From contig CAVQUB010000011.1 of assembly GCA_963716725.1 (NCBI GenBank), positions 465,271 to 529,270 on the forward strand: DNA of 64,000 nucleotides, read 5' to 3'. The translations under genes were made by a program, and so were the position numbers. The stretch's first letter is position 1. The number at the start of each line of letters is the position of its first letter. This document shows, piece after piece, positions 1 through 9,899 of this stretch. Source of the DNA: an uncultured delta proteobacterium (GTDB taxonomy: Bacteria > Myxococcota_A > Polyangia > Polyangiales > Polyangiaceae). The notes beneath the pieces were generated by a model that ran no database searches, was not told the DNA's origin, and was given only the letters and a program-made list of their open reading frames with translations.

Positions 1-876
1 CAGCGCGCAGCCGGGCTCGCTCCCGTGGCCGCAGTCGCGAAAGCGGCAACTCGGCGCCAGCGCCATCACATCCGGAAACGCCGTCTCGAGCGCGCCGGCA
101 TCGGCCCAAAGCCCCAGCTCCCGCAAGCCGGGCGTGTCGATGATGGCCCCGCCGACAGGTAGCAGCATCAGCTCTCGGTGCGTCGTGGTGTGTTTCCCAC
201 GGTCGTCGCGCGCGCGGACGCTCTTCACGCGCATCCGAGACTCACCCAAGAGCGCGTTGACGAGGGTCGACTTGCCAGCGCCCGACGAACCGACAACCGC
301 CGCCGTCACGCCCCGATCAAGATATCGAAGCGGTGCGTCCTCCGCGATCTTGGCGAGCACGTCGATGGCGTGTACGTCCACGTCGCGCGCGACGGCCTTC
401 GCCTCAGCAACAAGAGACTCGACGCGATCACACAGCCCAGCCTTGGTGAGAAGCACCACCGGCTTCAGCCGGCCTTCGGCGGCCAGGGTGAGGTAGCGCT
501 CGAGGCGCCGCGGGTTGAAGTCACCGTCGAGCCCCATGACCACGAACAGGACGTCCACGTTGGTGCAGAGGATCTGAGGCCGCTCGCGCTTCCCGGCGGC
601 GCGGCGCACCAGCTCGGATCGGCGCGGCAGCACCGATTCGACAATGGCCTCGGCGCCTTCAGTGCAGGCAACCCAGTCGCCGGTGACGGGTCGCCCCAGT
701 TCGGCGCGCAGCACCTTGCGCGGAACGCGCGCCGTGAGCTCGCCCGACTCCAGGAAGAGCTGGGCGAGATCGGCGTCGATGCGAGCGACCCGCCCCACGA
801 ACCCATCGCCGAGCGACAACTCCAGGAATGCTCGCCGGAGCTTCTCGTCGAAACCCATGTCCTCGAGGGCGCTCAC
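1..876 (-). CDS. rsgA: Ribosome small subunit-dependent GTPase A, 3' end runs off the window
   Basis: Manual minus-strand translation (not in the ORF track) gives PVTGDWV, FNPRRLERYL, VVLLTKA, GSSGAGKSTLVN, GKHTTTHREL, IIDTPGLRE and the Zn motif CRFRDCGHGSEPGC. Confidence 0.93.
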   Translation of the reverse strand, partial: MSALEDMGFDEKLRRAFLELSLGDGFVGRVARIDADLAQLFLESGELTARVPRKVLRAELGRPVTGDWVACTEGAEAIVESVLPRRSELVRRAAGKRERPQILCTNVDVLFVVMGLDGDFNPRRLERYLTLAAEGRLKPVVLLTKAGLCDRVESLVAEAKAVARDVDVHAIDVLAKIAEDAPLRYLDRGVTAAVVGSSGAGKSTLVNALLGESRMRVKSVRARDDRGKHTTTHRELMLLPVGGAIIDTPGLRELGLWADAGALETAFPDVMALAPSCRFRDCGHGSEPGCAL

Positions 877-1010
877 GGCCCAGAGCTCCCGCCAATGGTC
901 ACTACCGCCAGCTTCGCCTCGCGGGACAACCTCGTCCAGTGCCAGCGTCTCGAGCTCACGTCCGGCGCATGCTATCGCACGGCCGGGCACAATGCCCTAG
1001 AGTGGCGGCC

Positions 1011-1538
1011 ATGTCCGACTCCGAGCCAACTTCGGGCACGCCTCGCGCGGTCTTGCTCGCGCTCTCCGCGGGCTTCGTCGCCTTCGGCGTCGCGTTCTTG
1101 CTGGCGCCGGCCAAGCTCGCGGCCTACGCGGACGTGTCGACGACCAGCCGCCTCGGCTTGATTGAGCTTCGAGCCTTCTACGGGGGCATCGAGATCGGGC
1201 TCGGCGTGTTCTTGGCCGTCACGGCCATGCGCCGCGAGTGGCAGATCCCGGGCCTGCTGTGCGCGCTCCTGTCCCTGCTCGGGGTCTTCGGAGCACGCAT
1301 CTACGCGATGACCGTCGAGGGCTGGCCGGGAGCCACCGTGCTCGTGCTGCTGGCCATCGAGCTCGCGGGGATCGTCCTGGCGGGGTTCGGCTTGATGCGG
1401 ATCCGGGAAGTCTCCGCGGCTGCGAGCGCGGCGAGGGTGGGCGACGACCTGCTCTCACGCCCTGAAAAGACGAAGCTCATCGAGAAGACCCAACCCCTTC
1501 AACGCACGCTGCCGCTCGACAAGTCGAAGCGGATCTGA
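1011..1538 (+). CDS. DUF4345-like membrane protein
   Basis: Four hydrophobic segments and ELRAFYGG motif; ATG at 1011. Confidence 0.7.
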   Translation: MSDSEPTSGTPRAVLLALSAGFVAFGVAFLLAPAKLAAYADVSTTSRLGLIELRAFYGGIEIGLGVFLAVTAMRREWQIPGLLCALLSLLGVFGARIYAMTVEGWPGATVLVLLAIELAGIVLAGFGLMRIREVSAAASAARVGDDLLSRPEKTKLIEKTQPLQRTLPLDKSKRI

Positions 1539-1549
1539 GGGAGACCTTC

Positions 1550-2329
1550 ATGGCTGACAAGGTGTTGGTCGAGAATCGAGGGGCAGTACGCATCCTCCGA
1601 ATCAACCGCCCCGAGGTCCGCAACTGCGTGGACGGGGAGACCGCCGTGGGCCTCGGTGACGGCATCGAGGCGTTTGCGCTCGACCCGAGCGCCCGCGTGC
1701 TCGTCGTGACCGGCAGCGGCGGCGTCTCGTTCTGCGCCGGAGCAGATCTGAAGGACCCGGCCTCGTTGTTCCAACATCGTCACCTGGACAGCGCGGGACC
1801 GATGGGCTTCGCCCGCCTCGATCCCGGCAAGCCGACCATCGCTGCCATCAACGGCTTCTGCTTCGCCGGCGGGTTCGAGCTCGCCGCTTGGTGCGATTTC
1901 CGCATCGCCGCGTCGAACGCCGAGTTCGGATGCCTCAGTCGGCGCTGGGGCGTGCCCTACCTCGACGGCGGCACCCAGCGATTCGCTCGCATCATGGGAG
2001 TCGGCAACGCGCTCTACTTGCTGGAGACGGGCGCTCGCATCGACGCCCAGCGCGCCCGTGAAATGGGATTCCTGCAAGAGATCGTGCCCGAGGGCAGCGC
2101 GTTCGACCGCGCGCTCGAACTCGCGTCCGCCATCGCGGGTTACCCTAACTTTCCTGGCATTTGCGCCGACAGGCAGGCCGCCCTGGCGAGCCAGGGCGTG
2201 CCGCTCGACGAAGGCCTGCTGCTCGAAGCTCGCCTCGGTCGACCCACGCTCGTGAGCGACGAGCTCGCGGAAGGCCTCGCGCGCTTCGGCGCGGGGGCCC
2301 GGGACGCTTCGCCACGCCCGAAGGACTGA
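1550..2329 (+). CDS. Enoyl-CoA hydratase/isomerase (crotonase family)
   Basis: INRPEVRN, FCAGADLK, KPTIAAINGFCFAGGFELAAWCD; GAGGGAG ribosome-binding site upstream. Confidence 0.9.
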   Translation: MADKVLVENRGAVRILRINRPEVRNCVDGETAVGLGDGIEAFALDPSARVLVVTGSGGVSFCAGADLKDPASLFQHRHLDSAGPMGFARLDPGKPTIAAINGFCFAGGFELAAWCDFRIAASNAEFGCLSRRWGVPYLDGGTQRFARIMGVGNALYLLETGARIDAQRAREMGFLQEIVPEGSAFDRALELASAIAGYPNFPGICADRQAALASQGVPLDEGLLLEARLGRPTLVSDELAEGLARFGAGARDASPRPKD

Positions 2330-2380
2330 GGGCCCGAGCGCGACGCCGGTGAGAAGGCCAACCAACGTCGCGACCGCGCG

Positions 2381-3835
2381 TCACGGGCTCAGAGTCAGCG
2401 CGTCGAAGAGCAGATTGGTCCCGCTGGTCGGATCCCAACCCGCGGTGTTGGCGAATCGAATCGAGTATTCCGGAGTCGTGCGCAGGGACGGCGCCGGGTC
2501 CGGCAGCCAGAGCGCAACGCGATAGCTGCCGGCGGGCAGACTTGCAGGCAATGTGACGGACGTATCCAAGCTGTGGGTGCCCGGCTCTAGTCGACGCGGC
2601 TCCAGCGGCAGGTGGGCTTCGAAGTGGGCCGGACCGTCCAACACCAACACGAGGTCGCGGGAGAAATACGGGGCGGCAAAGCCATCGTTTCGCAGCACTA
2701 GCGACAGCGGCAGCGCGCAGCCCGCCTTCGCTTGTTCGGGGAAAGTCGCCTTCTCGAGCACCAATCGATACCCCAGCCGTGCAGCGATCTCATCGTAGCA
2801 ACCCTCGCTCTCGAAGCGCGCGAGAGCGCCCGGGTGGTACGCGGCGTTGAGGAAGCTGAAGTGCAGCTCCGCCATCTCCGGCACCGCAACGGCGCAACTG
2901 GTCCGGGGCGGGTAGTCGTCACAAGTTTCGCCACCCGCCGGGACGAAGCGTGTGTCTTCGGCGATCAAGGCTTTCCATGCGGCCATCTTGCCAGCGGGGT
3001 AGGTGCCCACGTCGTCGGCGCTGGACAAGAAACAATCGTTGTGGTGCCCAATTCGCGCCACGGCTTCGGTGCCAAAGGCTTGGGCCTGGGTCACCGGGCC
3101 GCCGGCGTAGTCCTGCTTGAAGCTCCAGCGCCGAACCAACACGGGCATCTCCTGGGGCACGCTGGCGAGCAGCGCGTCGAGCACTGACTTCTTCGCCGAG
3201 GAGTCGGTGTCGAGCCCGTTGGTGCTCGAGTGCCACTCCCCCCACGGTCCGATGAAGCCTGCCTCGAGGAGCATGATCACGTCGGCGTGTTTCTGGATCA
3301 ATGGAGCAAGGGCCTGGATGTGCTCGAGAATGCGCGAGAGCTTCGCGTCATTCGGCGCCGTGAACTCTTCGCGGTAGACGAAGCGCAGCACCACCTTGAT
3401 GCGAGCCGCGCGCGCGCGATCGAGACCCGCGCTCACCTTGGCCAAGAACGACGCGGGGATCGGCGCGTCGAGGTAGTCGAGCAGCGACACTCCGGCGTAG
3501 GCGATGGTCCGCCCCGACTTGCGCACATCGTCGAAGTCGTCGGTGGACGTGAGGCTGATGAAGTCGTGAAATCCGCGAGAAGGATTCAGCAGATTTTCGT
3601 TCGGCTCGAGCGCGTTGAACAGATGCTCCACCGGCGTGGCAGGGCAGACCGGCGCATCGTCGCTGGCGTCGCTGGCGTCGCTCGCGACCCCGCCGAGCCC
3701 CGCACCCCCGAGACCGCCCGCGCCGGCGCTACCTCCACCTCCGCCCGGCGTGCCCCCCGGGCTGCCGCCGAATCCCCCGCACGCGGACGCGAGCACGACG
3801 CCCGAGCAGAGCCCGGCGAACAACCAAAACCGCAT
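2381..3835 (-). CDS. DUF4832/DUF4874 domain lipoprotein (glycoside-hydrolase-like TIM barrel)
   Basis: Lipobox LASAC, Gly-rich linker, NPSRGF, AGFIGPWGEWHS, RIGHHNDCFL, GGETC, RLGYRLVL. Confidence 0.8.
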   Translation of the reverse strand: MRFWLFAGLCSGVVLASACGGFGGSPGGTPGGGGGSAGAGGLGGAGLGGVASDASDASDDAPVCPATPVEHLFNALEPNENLLNPSRGFHDFISLTSTDDFDDVRKSGRTIAYAGVSLLDYLDAPIPASFLAKVSAGLDRARAARIKVVLRFVYREEFTAPNDAKLSRILEHIQALAPLIQKHADVIMLLEAGFIGPWGEWHSSTNGLDTDSSAKKSVLDALLASVPQEMPVLVRRWSFKQDYAGGPVTQAQAFGTEAVARIGHHNDCFLSSADDVGTYPAGKMAAWKALIAEDTRFVPAGGETCDDYPPRTSCAVAVPEMAELHFSFLNAAYHPGALARFESEGCYDEIAARLGYRLVLEKATFPEQAKAGCALPLSLVLRNDGFAAPYFSRDLVLVLDGPAHFEAHLPLEPRRLEPGTHSLDTSVTLPASLPAGSYRVALWLPDPAPSLRTTPEYSIRFANTAGWDPTSGTNLLFDALTLSP

Positions 3836-3898
3836 GACCGACAGCGTACACCTTTCGCTGGCAGCGGCCGACGCGGCCACTCTCCGCTCCAGCGTGCC

Positions 3899-5077
3899 TC
3901 ATTTGATATGCTGATACGCGCCGCAGGGCAGCTTGGTCCCGGCCACGACCACGCCGAAGGGGCCGTAGATCTCCGAGGGCTGGCGCGAGGCCAGGAGCTT
4001 GCCGGCCGCGTCGAACTTGTACACGTCGGCAGGCTTGCTGCCGCTCCCGTCTTCGTAGTCGGCGGTGTAGACGTTCCCGGCGTCATCGACGGTGACCGGG
4101 ACGGCCCAAAAGAGCCCCGGATCGGAGATGGCGGCAATCTCGACGTAGGGTGACGTCGACTTCACGCGGCGCACGCCGCCCTGCGACGCAACCAGGAACG
4201 AGTCCGTGCCCACGAACTGCAATCCCTCGGCGAAACCCTGAATCGGGATGGTGTCGAGCACTCCGAGCGAGGTCTTGTCCACCTTGTAGACCTGACTGCT
4301 GTTCGAGTTCTGGCTGGCGATGTACAGGTTCGAGTCAGGGTCGCAGGTGATGCCCGTGAGCGACCCGGTCGGGATGGTGAAGGTCTTCACGAACTTGTAG
4401 TTCTCGTCATACTTGTGGACCTCGTTGGTCCCGCCCGTCGCGGTGGTCGAGTAGATGTTGCCGAGCTTGTCGAAGATCAGGTTCTCGGTCGCTTCGGTCT
4501 TCACCTTTGGATGACAGGCGAACTCCACCCCCGGCTTCGAAAAGACGCAGAACTGCGACACTCCCGCCACCACGAGGTTGCCGTTCTTGTCGAAGGCCAT
4601 GCCCGCCGGTCCCACGGCGTGGGACTGTCCTGGCGCCGGCAGCTCCGTCCCGAAGCTCAGATGCGTCCACGACGTGACCGTCAGCAGCTGCGCGTCGAGC
4701 TCGTACACCCGCGCGTTTCTCGAGCCCGCGACGAACACGTGCCCCAGCGTGAAGGGCGACGGCGGCGAGCCACCCGTACCGAGCCCCCCGCTGCCGCCGG
4801 TGGCCCCGCCGCTGCCGCCGGTGGCCCCGCCGCTGCCGCCGGTGGCCCCGCCGCTGCCGCCGGTGGCTCCGCCGCTGCCGCCGGTCGCTCCGCCGCTGCC
4901 GCCGGTGGCTCCGCCGCTGCCGCCGGTGGCTCCGCCGCTGCCGCCGGTGCAGCCCGCGCAAGCCTCCGATGAATCGTCGTCGCCGCAAGCGGTCAGCGAG
5001 AGCGCAAGCGCGCCGGCCAACGTTGCAACAACCCAGCTGGAAAGGCCCTGCGAGTGCTTCGACATATTGAGCGTCAA
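3899..5077 (-). CDS. Lipoprotein with GGSGGAT repeat linker and NHL/SMP-30-like beta-propeller
   Basis: Lipobox LTAC; blade-like repeats PAGMAFDKNGNLVV, LIFDKLGNIY, VTVDDAGNVY. Confidence 0.7.
   Translation of the reverse strand: MTLNMSKHSQGLSSWVVATLAGALALSLTACGDDDSSEACAGCTGGSGGATGGSGGATGGSGGATGGSGGATGGSGGATGGSGGATGGSGGATGGSGGLGTGGSPPSPFTLGHVFVAGSRNARVYELDAQLLTVTSWTHLSFGTELPAPGQSHAVGPAGMAFDKNGNLVVAGVSQFCVFSKPGVEFACHPKVKTEATENLIFDKLGNIYSTTATGGTNEVHKYDENYKFVKTFTIPTGSLTGITCDPDSNLYIASQNSNSSQVYKVDKTSLGVLDTIPIQGFAEGLQFVGTDSFLVASQGGVRRVKSTSPYVEIAAISDPGLFWAVPVTVDDAGNVYTADYEDGSGSKPADVYKFDAAGKLLASRQPSEIYGPFGVVVAGTKLPCGAYQHIK
4788..4949. repeat. 21-bp tandem repeat, about 7.5 copies, encoding GGSGGAT
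   Basis: Unit ccgctgccgccggtggc(c/t)ccg repeated head to tail. Confidence 0.95.
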
Positions 5078-5115
5078 GTTAGCAGCTCCTTCCCTGGAAG
5101 TCCGAGATCGACAGC

Positions 5116-7065
5116 TCAGCCGTCGTCCTCTGCCAAAACGATCAGTCGGTCGCCTTGCTTGGGCGCGATGGTCGCGTGGCGGAGTTGGTGCGGGTTGAGG
5201 CGGATGCCGTAGCGCTGCGCCGGGTCGGTGACGTGGATCTGCACGCCAAACGCCACCTCGCCGCGGGCCTTGGCCGCGAGCATCAGGTATTCGAATGTGG
5301 TCGGGTGACCCGGCGGCACGTAGAGCGCGAGGTCTTTCAGGTAGATTTCGCTGCCCTCGGACTGGAACAGATCCTCGAGCACGGGCCGCACCCGCGGCTC
5401 GTGGGTCACCTGCGCCAGGACCATGCTGACCATCTCGTTGCTGATGACGATGTCGTTGATCTCGGTGGTCGCTGCGAGATCACGGTTGCGCGGGTCGAGG
5501 ATCTCGCTGCACACCTCTTGACCGTGCACGCCGGCACGGTGCCTGAAGTCGCGAAGCAAGAGCAGGGCGATGATGGCGCGGGTGTCCGCCGCTTCGCTCT
5601 CGTCCATGCCGTGCGCGTCGGAAGCGTCTCCGAGCACCATGACCGTGGGGTAACGCTCTGAGCGGACCTGCTCGAGCACGTGACGATTGGTGAAATCGCC
5701 CACCAGGTGGGTCAGGCCAATCTGCAGCTGTCCGCATTTGTCGGCGATCTCACGCTCGCGGTCGTCGAGGGACACCGAGTTGATCAAGGTCACGGTGGAC
5801 CCCGGCCCCACGTAGGAGTCGAACTCCTTGAGGATGGGGAAGAGCTTCTCGTTGTACCCGAGCACGAGCAGGTGCTCCACTGGCTTGTCGGTGCCAGGCG
5901 GTGACGGGATCCCGATCTGATCGAGGCGGAGAGGGCCTGGGTAGGGCTGCCACTTGATGTGGTCGTCCTCGGCGACCAGGAGCAACTCCTCGTCCGGGCC
6001 GATGACGTGGTCGGAAGGGGGGTTGAGCTGGTGCGAAGAGCCGTCCGCCTTGCCGACGCCGACCAGGCAAGCGTTGGGGAATTCGAGCACGAGATCTCCG
6101 AAGCGCCTCCCGATGGCCTGCGGGAACCGCGCGTAGTGGATCTCGTTGCCCTCGAAGCGGAAGAGCTCGTCGTAGATCAAGCTCAGACCGCTGATGCGCG
6201 AAGTCTGCAGGATGATCTTGGAAATCATGTCGTTGGTGTTGATCACCTGCGCCCGCCCGCGGCTGGCGATCAGCGCGATGTCGCGGCTCGCGGACATCAT
6301 CACCTCGGCGGTGATCTTGGTCCGATCGATCCGCCCGCGTCCGTCGGGGTGATTGTAGAGGGCCATCAGCGTCTTGATCACGCGCCCATCGGCCCGATGC
6401 GGTTGATCCCGCTGGGCGTCGTCCAGCAGCACGACGATGGAATTCGCGCGCTCGAAGCTGACCTTGGCCAAATCGTTCAGCGCGACGGAGCTGCCCGACC
6501 GGACCACGATCTTGACGCGCTTCGGATGCTGCACCTTGTCGCGCAGCGCCTCCTCCATCTCGACCTTGTCTTGCTCGGCCATCACCACCACGACGATGCG
6601 GCCCTTCTCGATGTTGGCCTCCGAGAGCTGGTCGATCACGCTGAAGACCTTCTCGGACCAGCCGAGAACCAGGAAGTGGTCGTGCTCGATGACGGGCGAG
6701 ATGCCGCGCCGAATTGCTTCCAGGCGCTCCTGAAAATTGCCAGCCAGGGACGAGATGAGCAGGCCCGCAACGACCACACCGGCGACGGTCGCTGCGGTGG
6801 AAACCAAGCGATTGGGATTGCCCGCGTCGCTGCCCATCGTTCCGGGATCGATCAGCCGGGTGAAGTAGAACCACCCGCGATCGAGCAGGCTGCCCTCGGC
6901 GAGTTCGACGCCGGCAGCTCCTCCCACGAGCGAGAGCAGGGCGAAGCCGACGACCATCAGCATGGTCAGCGCAAACAAGAAGAACAGCTGCTTGCCGGCG
7001 CCGCCGCTCAGGAACTCTTCCCAGCGGTAGCGAAGCCGCGCACGAAGTCCCCGCTCGACCGCCAT
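5116..7065 (-). CDS. CASTOR/POLLUX(DMI1)-like putative cation channel with RCK-like domains
   Basis: TM helices around pore-like LIDPGTMGSD; EHDHFLVLGWSEK, SRISGLSLIYDELFRFEGNEIH, DLFQSEGSEIYLK. Confidence 0.85.
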   Translation of the reverse strand: MAVERGLRARLRYRWEEFLSGGAGKQLFFLFALTMLMVVGFALLSLVGGAAGVELAEGSLLDRGWFYFTRLIDPGTMGSDAGNPNRLVSTAATVAGVVVAGLLISSLAGNFQERLEAIRRGISPVIEHDHFLVLGWSEKVFSVIDQLSEANIEKGRIVVVVMAEQDKVEMEEALRDKVQHPKRVKIVVRSGSSVALNDLAKVSFERANSIVVLLDDAQRDQPHRADGRVIKTLMALYNHPDGRGRIDRTKITAEVMMSASRDIALIASRGRAQVINTNDMISKIILQTSRISGLSLIYDELFRFEGNEIHYARFPQAIGRRFGDLVLEFPNACLVGVGKADGSSHQLNPPSDHVIGPDEELLLVAEDDHIKWQPYPGPLRLDQIGIPSPPGTDKPVEHLLVLGYNEKLFPILKEFDSYVGPGSTVTLINSVSLDDREREIADKCGQLQIGLTHLVGDFTNRHVLEQVRSERYPTVMVLGDASDAHGMDESEAADTRAIIALLLLRDFRHRAGVHGQEVCSEILDPRNRDLAATTEINDIVISNEMVSMVLAQVTHEPRVRPVLEDLFQSEGSEIYLKDLALYVPPGHPTTFEYLMLAAKARGEVAFGVQIHVTDPAQRYGIRLNPHQLRHATIAPKQGDRLIVLAEDDG

Positions 7066-7194
7066 CTCTCCTCGCTCGAAGCCTTTTCGTGGAGGCACCG
7101 AGCGTCAACCTGGAATCGAGAGTGCGAAGGATGATTGCGCCGCGTTCCGGGCCTCTGCTTGTAAGTCGCGTCGGGCCGCAGTAACGGTGCGCGC

Positions 7195-9813
7195 GTGAGC
7201 GATCCGGAATCCGAGCCGAAGGCCCCAGCCACAGCCACGCCGGAGCCCCCAGCCGACGCCGCGCCCGAGCCCGCACTCGCACTCGCACTCGCACCCGCAC
7301 CCGCACCCGCACCCGCGACCCCGACCGCACCCGCGACCCCGACCCCGCCCGCGACCCCGACCGCGACCGCGACCCCGCCCGCGACCCCGACCCCGCCCGC
7401 GACCCCGCCCGCGACCCCGCCCGCGACCCCGCCCGCGACCCCGACCCCGCCCGCGACCCCGACCCCGCCCGCGACCCCGACCCCGACCGCGACCCCGACC
7501 CCGCCCGCGACCCCGCCCGCACTCGCACCCGAGCCCGCACCCGCGACCGCACTCGCACCCGAGCCCGCACCCGCGACCGCACTCGCACCCGCACCCGCGA
7601 CCGCACTCGCACCCGAGCCCGCACCCGCACTCGCACCCGAGCCCGCACCCGCGACCCCGACCGCACCCGCGACCCCGCCCGCACCCGCGACCCCGCCCGC
7701 GACCGCGACCCCGCCCGCGACCCCGCCCGCACTCGCACCCGAGCCCGCACCCGCGACCGCACTCGCACCCGAGCCCGCACCCGCGACCGCACTCGCGACC
7801 GCGACCCCGCCCGCGACCGCGACCGCGACCCCACCCGCGACCCCGCCCGCACCCGACTCCTCCGACGCGCCCGCCCCGAGCTCCCGACGCTCCAAGCCCA
7901 CCGCTCCCCCGCCCGCCAGTCGCACCGCGCCGCCGAGCCGCCATGATCCTGGGCACGGCGGACACGGAAAGCTGGGGCCATTGGCCCTCGGGGCCCTCGG
8001 GGTGGTCTACGGGGACATCGGCACCAGCCCGCTCTACGCGTTCCGCGAGTGCTTCCACGGCGACCACGCCATCGCCGCCACGCGGGGCAATGTGCTGGGC
8101 GTGCTGTCGCTCATGGCCTGGGCGCTGTTCATCGTCGTCACCGTCAAATATCTCGTGTACGTGCTGCGCGCCGATAACCGCGGCGAAGGCGGCGAGCTCG
8201 CGCTCATGGCCCTCGCGCTGTCGAGCATCAAGGGCAAGGTCGGGCCGAAGATCGTGATCGCGCTCGGGATCTTCGGGGCTGCCCTCTTGTACGGCGACGG
8301 AATGATCACCCCAGCCATTTCGGTTCTGAGCGCCGTGGAGGGGCTCGAGGTGGCGGCGCCCGGACTCAAGCGCTTCGTGATCCCGACCACCATCGTGATC
8401 TTGATCGGCCTGTTCAGCGTGCAGAGCCGCGGCACCGCCGGAATAGGCGCGGTCTTCGGTCCAATCATGGTGGTTTGGTTCACGGTGCTCGCGGTGATTG
8501 GCGCAACGCACGTGATCGCCCACCCCAGCGTGCTTCAAGCGCTGAGCCCGCACCACGCCGTGCGCTTCTTGATCGAGAACAAGCTCGCTGGGTTCTTGGT
8601 GCTCGGCGCGGTCTTCCTCGTGGTCACCGGTGGCGAGGCGCTTTACGCCGACATGGGGCACTTCGGCCGGCGCCCGATTCAGGTGACGTGGCTCTTCATG
8701 GTCGGGCCCGCGCTGCTCACGAATTACTTCGGGCAGGGCGCGCTCTTGATCGATCACCCCGAGTTCGCCTCGAATCCGTTCTTCCGCTCGGCGCCGGCGT
8801 GGTCCCTGTATCCGATGCTGGTGCTGGCCACGATGGCGACCATCATCGCGTCGCAGGCGGTGATCTCCGGCGCATTCTCGTACACGCGCCAGGGCATGAT
8901 GCTCGGCTTCTGGCCGCGCATCGAGGTGAAGCACACGTCGTCCACCCAGATCGGCCAGATCTACGTGCCGCTGGTCAATTGGGTGCTCATGGTCGCGACC
9001 ATCGCGTTGGTCCTGGGCTTCGGCTCGTCGTCGAAGCTCGCGGCGGCCTACGGCATCGCTGTCACGACCACGATGGTGATCACGACGCTCCTGGCCTACG
9101 TCGTCGCGCGACACCGCTGGGGATGGAGCGCCGTTGGCGCCGTCAGCCTCACTCTCGTCTTGCTGGTGGTCGACGTCGGGTTTTGGGGAGCGCAGCTGGT
9201 GAAGATCCCCCACGGGGGCTGGTTCCCCCTGGTGATTGCCGGCTCGATCTTCTTGCTGATGGTCACCTGGAAGGACGGACGCGCTCTCCTGGGGCGACGC
9301 ATGCGAGAGCAGATGATCCCGCTCACGGATTTCTTCGAGCTGATGCGTATCGAACGTCCGGCACGGGTCCCGGGCACCGCGGTGTTCATGACCAGCAACG
9401 CCGACGGCGCGCCGCCGGCGCTGATGCAGAACTTCGCGCACAACCGAGTCGTGCACCAACAGGTGATCCTGCTCACCGTGCTCACCACCGAGGAACCTCG
9501 CGTCATGCCCGATCGACGCGTCTCGGTCGAAGAGCTGCCCGAGGGATTCCGGCGTGTTGTCGCGCGCTACGGCTTCATGGAGCAACCCGACATTCCCCGC
9601 TTGCTCGACGAGCGCCACCTCGAAGATTGGTCCATCGAGCACACGACCTTCTTCCTCGGCCGCGAGACGCTGCTCGCGACCAAGCGGGAGGGCATGGCCA
9701 TCTGGCGCGAGCGCCTCTTCGCCTTCATGAGCCGGAACTCCCAACGCGCCTCGACCTTCTTCAACGTGCCCTCGGATCGGGTGATGGAAGTCGGCTCGCA
9801 GATCGAGCTGTAG
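7195..9813 (+). CDS. kup: KUP/HAK/KT potassium transporter with long Pro/Ala/Thr N-terminal extension
   Basis: ALGVVYGDIGTSPLYA, ADNRGEGGELAL, GDGMITPAISVLSAVEG, GGEALYADMGHFG, GQIYVP, TTFFLGRE; true start codon uncertain. Confidence 0.95.
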   Translation: MSDPESEPKAPATATPEPPADAAPEPALALALAPAPAPAPATPTAPATPTPPATPTATATPPATPTPPATPPATPPATPPATPTPPATPTPPATPTPTATPTPPATPPALAPEPAPATALAPEPAPATALAPAPATALAPEPAPALAPEPAPATPTAPATPPAPATPPATATPPATPPALAPEPAPATALAPEPAPATALATATPPATATATPPATPPAPDSSDAPAPSSRRSKPTAPPPASRTAPPSRHDPGHGGHGKLGPLALGALGVVYGDIGTSPLYAFRECFHGDHAIAATRGNVLGVLSLMAWALFIVVTVKYLVYVLRADNRGEGGELALMALALSSIKGKVGPKIVIALGIFGAALLYGDGMITPAISVLSAVEGLEVAAPGLKRFVIPTTIVILIGLFSVQSRGTAGIGAVFGPIMVVWFTVLAVIGATHVIAHPSVLQALSPHHAVRFLIENKLAGFLVLGAVFLVVTGGEALYADMGHFGRRPIQVTWLFMVGPALLTNYFGQGALLIDHPEFASNPFFRSAPAWSLYPMLVLATMATIIASQAVISGAFSYTRQGMMLGFWPRIEVKHTSSTQIGQIYVPLVNWVLMVATIALVLGFGSSSKLAAAYGIAVTTTMVITTLLAYVVARHRWGWSAVGAVSLTLVLLVVDVGFWGAQLVKIPHGGWFPLVIAGSIFLLMVTWKDGRALLGRRMREQMIPLTDFFELMRIERPARVPGTAVFMTSNADGAPPALMQNFAHNRVVHQQVILLTVLTTEEPRVMPDRRVSVEELPEGFRRVVARYGFMEQPDIPRLLDERHLEDWSIEHTTFFLGRETLLATKREGMAIWRERLFAFMSRNSQRASTFFNVPSDRVMEVGSQIEL
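7255..7855. repeat. Low-complexity hexamer-based tandem repeat (GCGACC/CCGCCC/GCACCC/GCACTC units)
   Basis: About 600 bp of 6-bp-periodic C-rich units encoding ATP(T/P)PP and ALAPEPAP. Confidence 0.95.
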
Positions 9814-9899
9814 ACCGGACGAAATCTTTCATCGGCGCGGAGCGTAAGAGGAACTACGGCGTGGCCGTTGGGGTCTCGTCGAAACGCTGAGGTGAGCGA

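Noticed and set aside
7066..7194. c-di-AMP or other riboswitch upstream of kup
   Set aside because: No recognisable aptamer motif by eye; an Rfam search would be needed
5750..9744. Long minus-strand ORFs with (RG)n, (GC)n and (RV/RS)n tracts (879, 743 and 305 aa)
   Set aside because: Shadow frames of the kup repeat and neighbouring genes; stop-free because of high GC and hexamer periodicity
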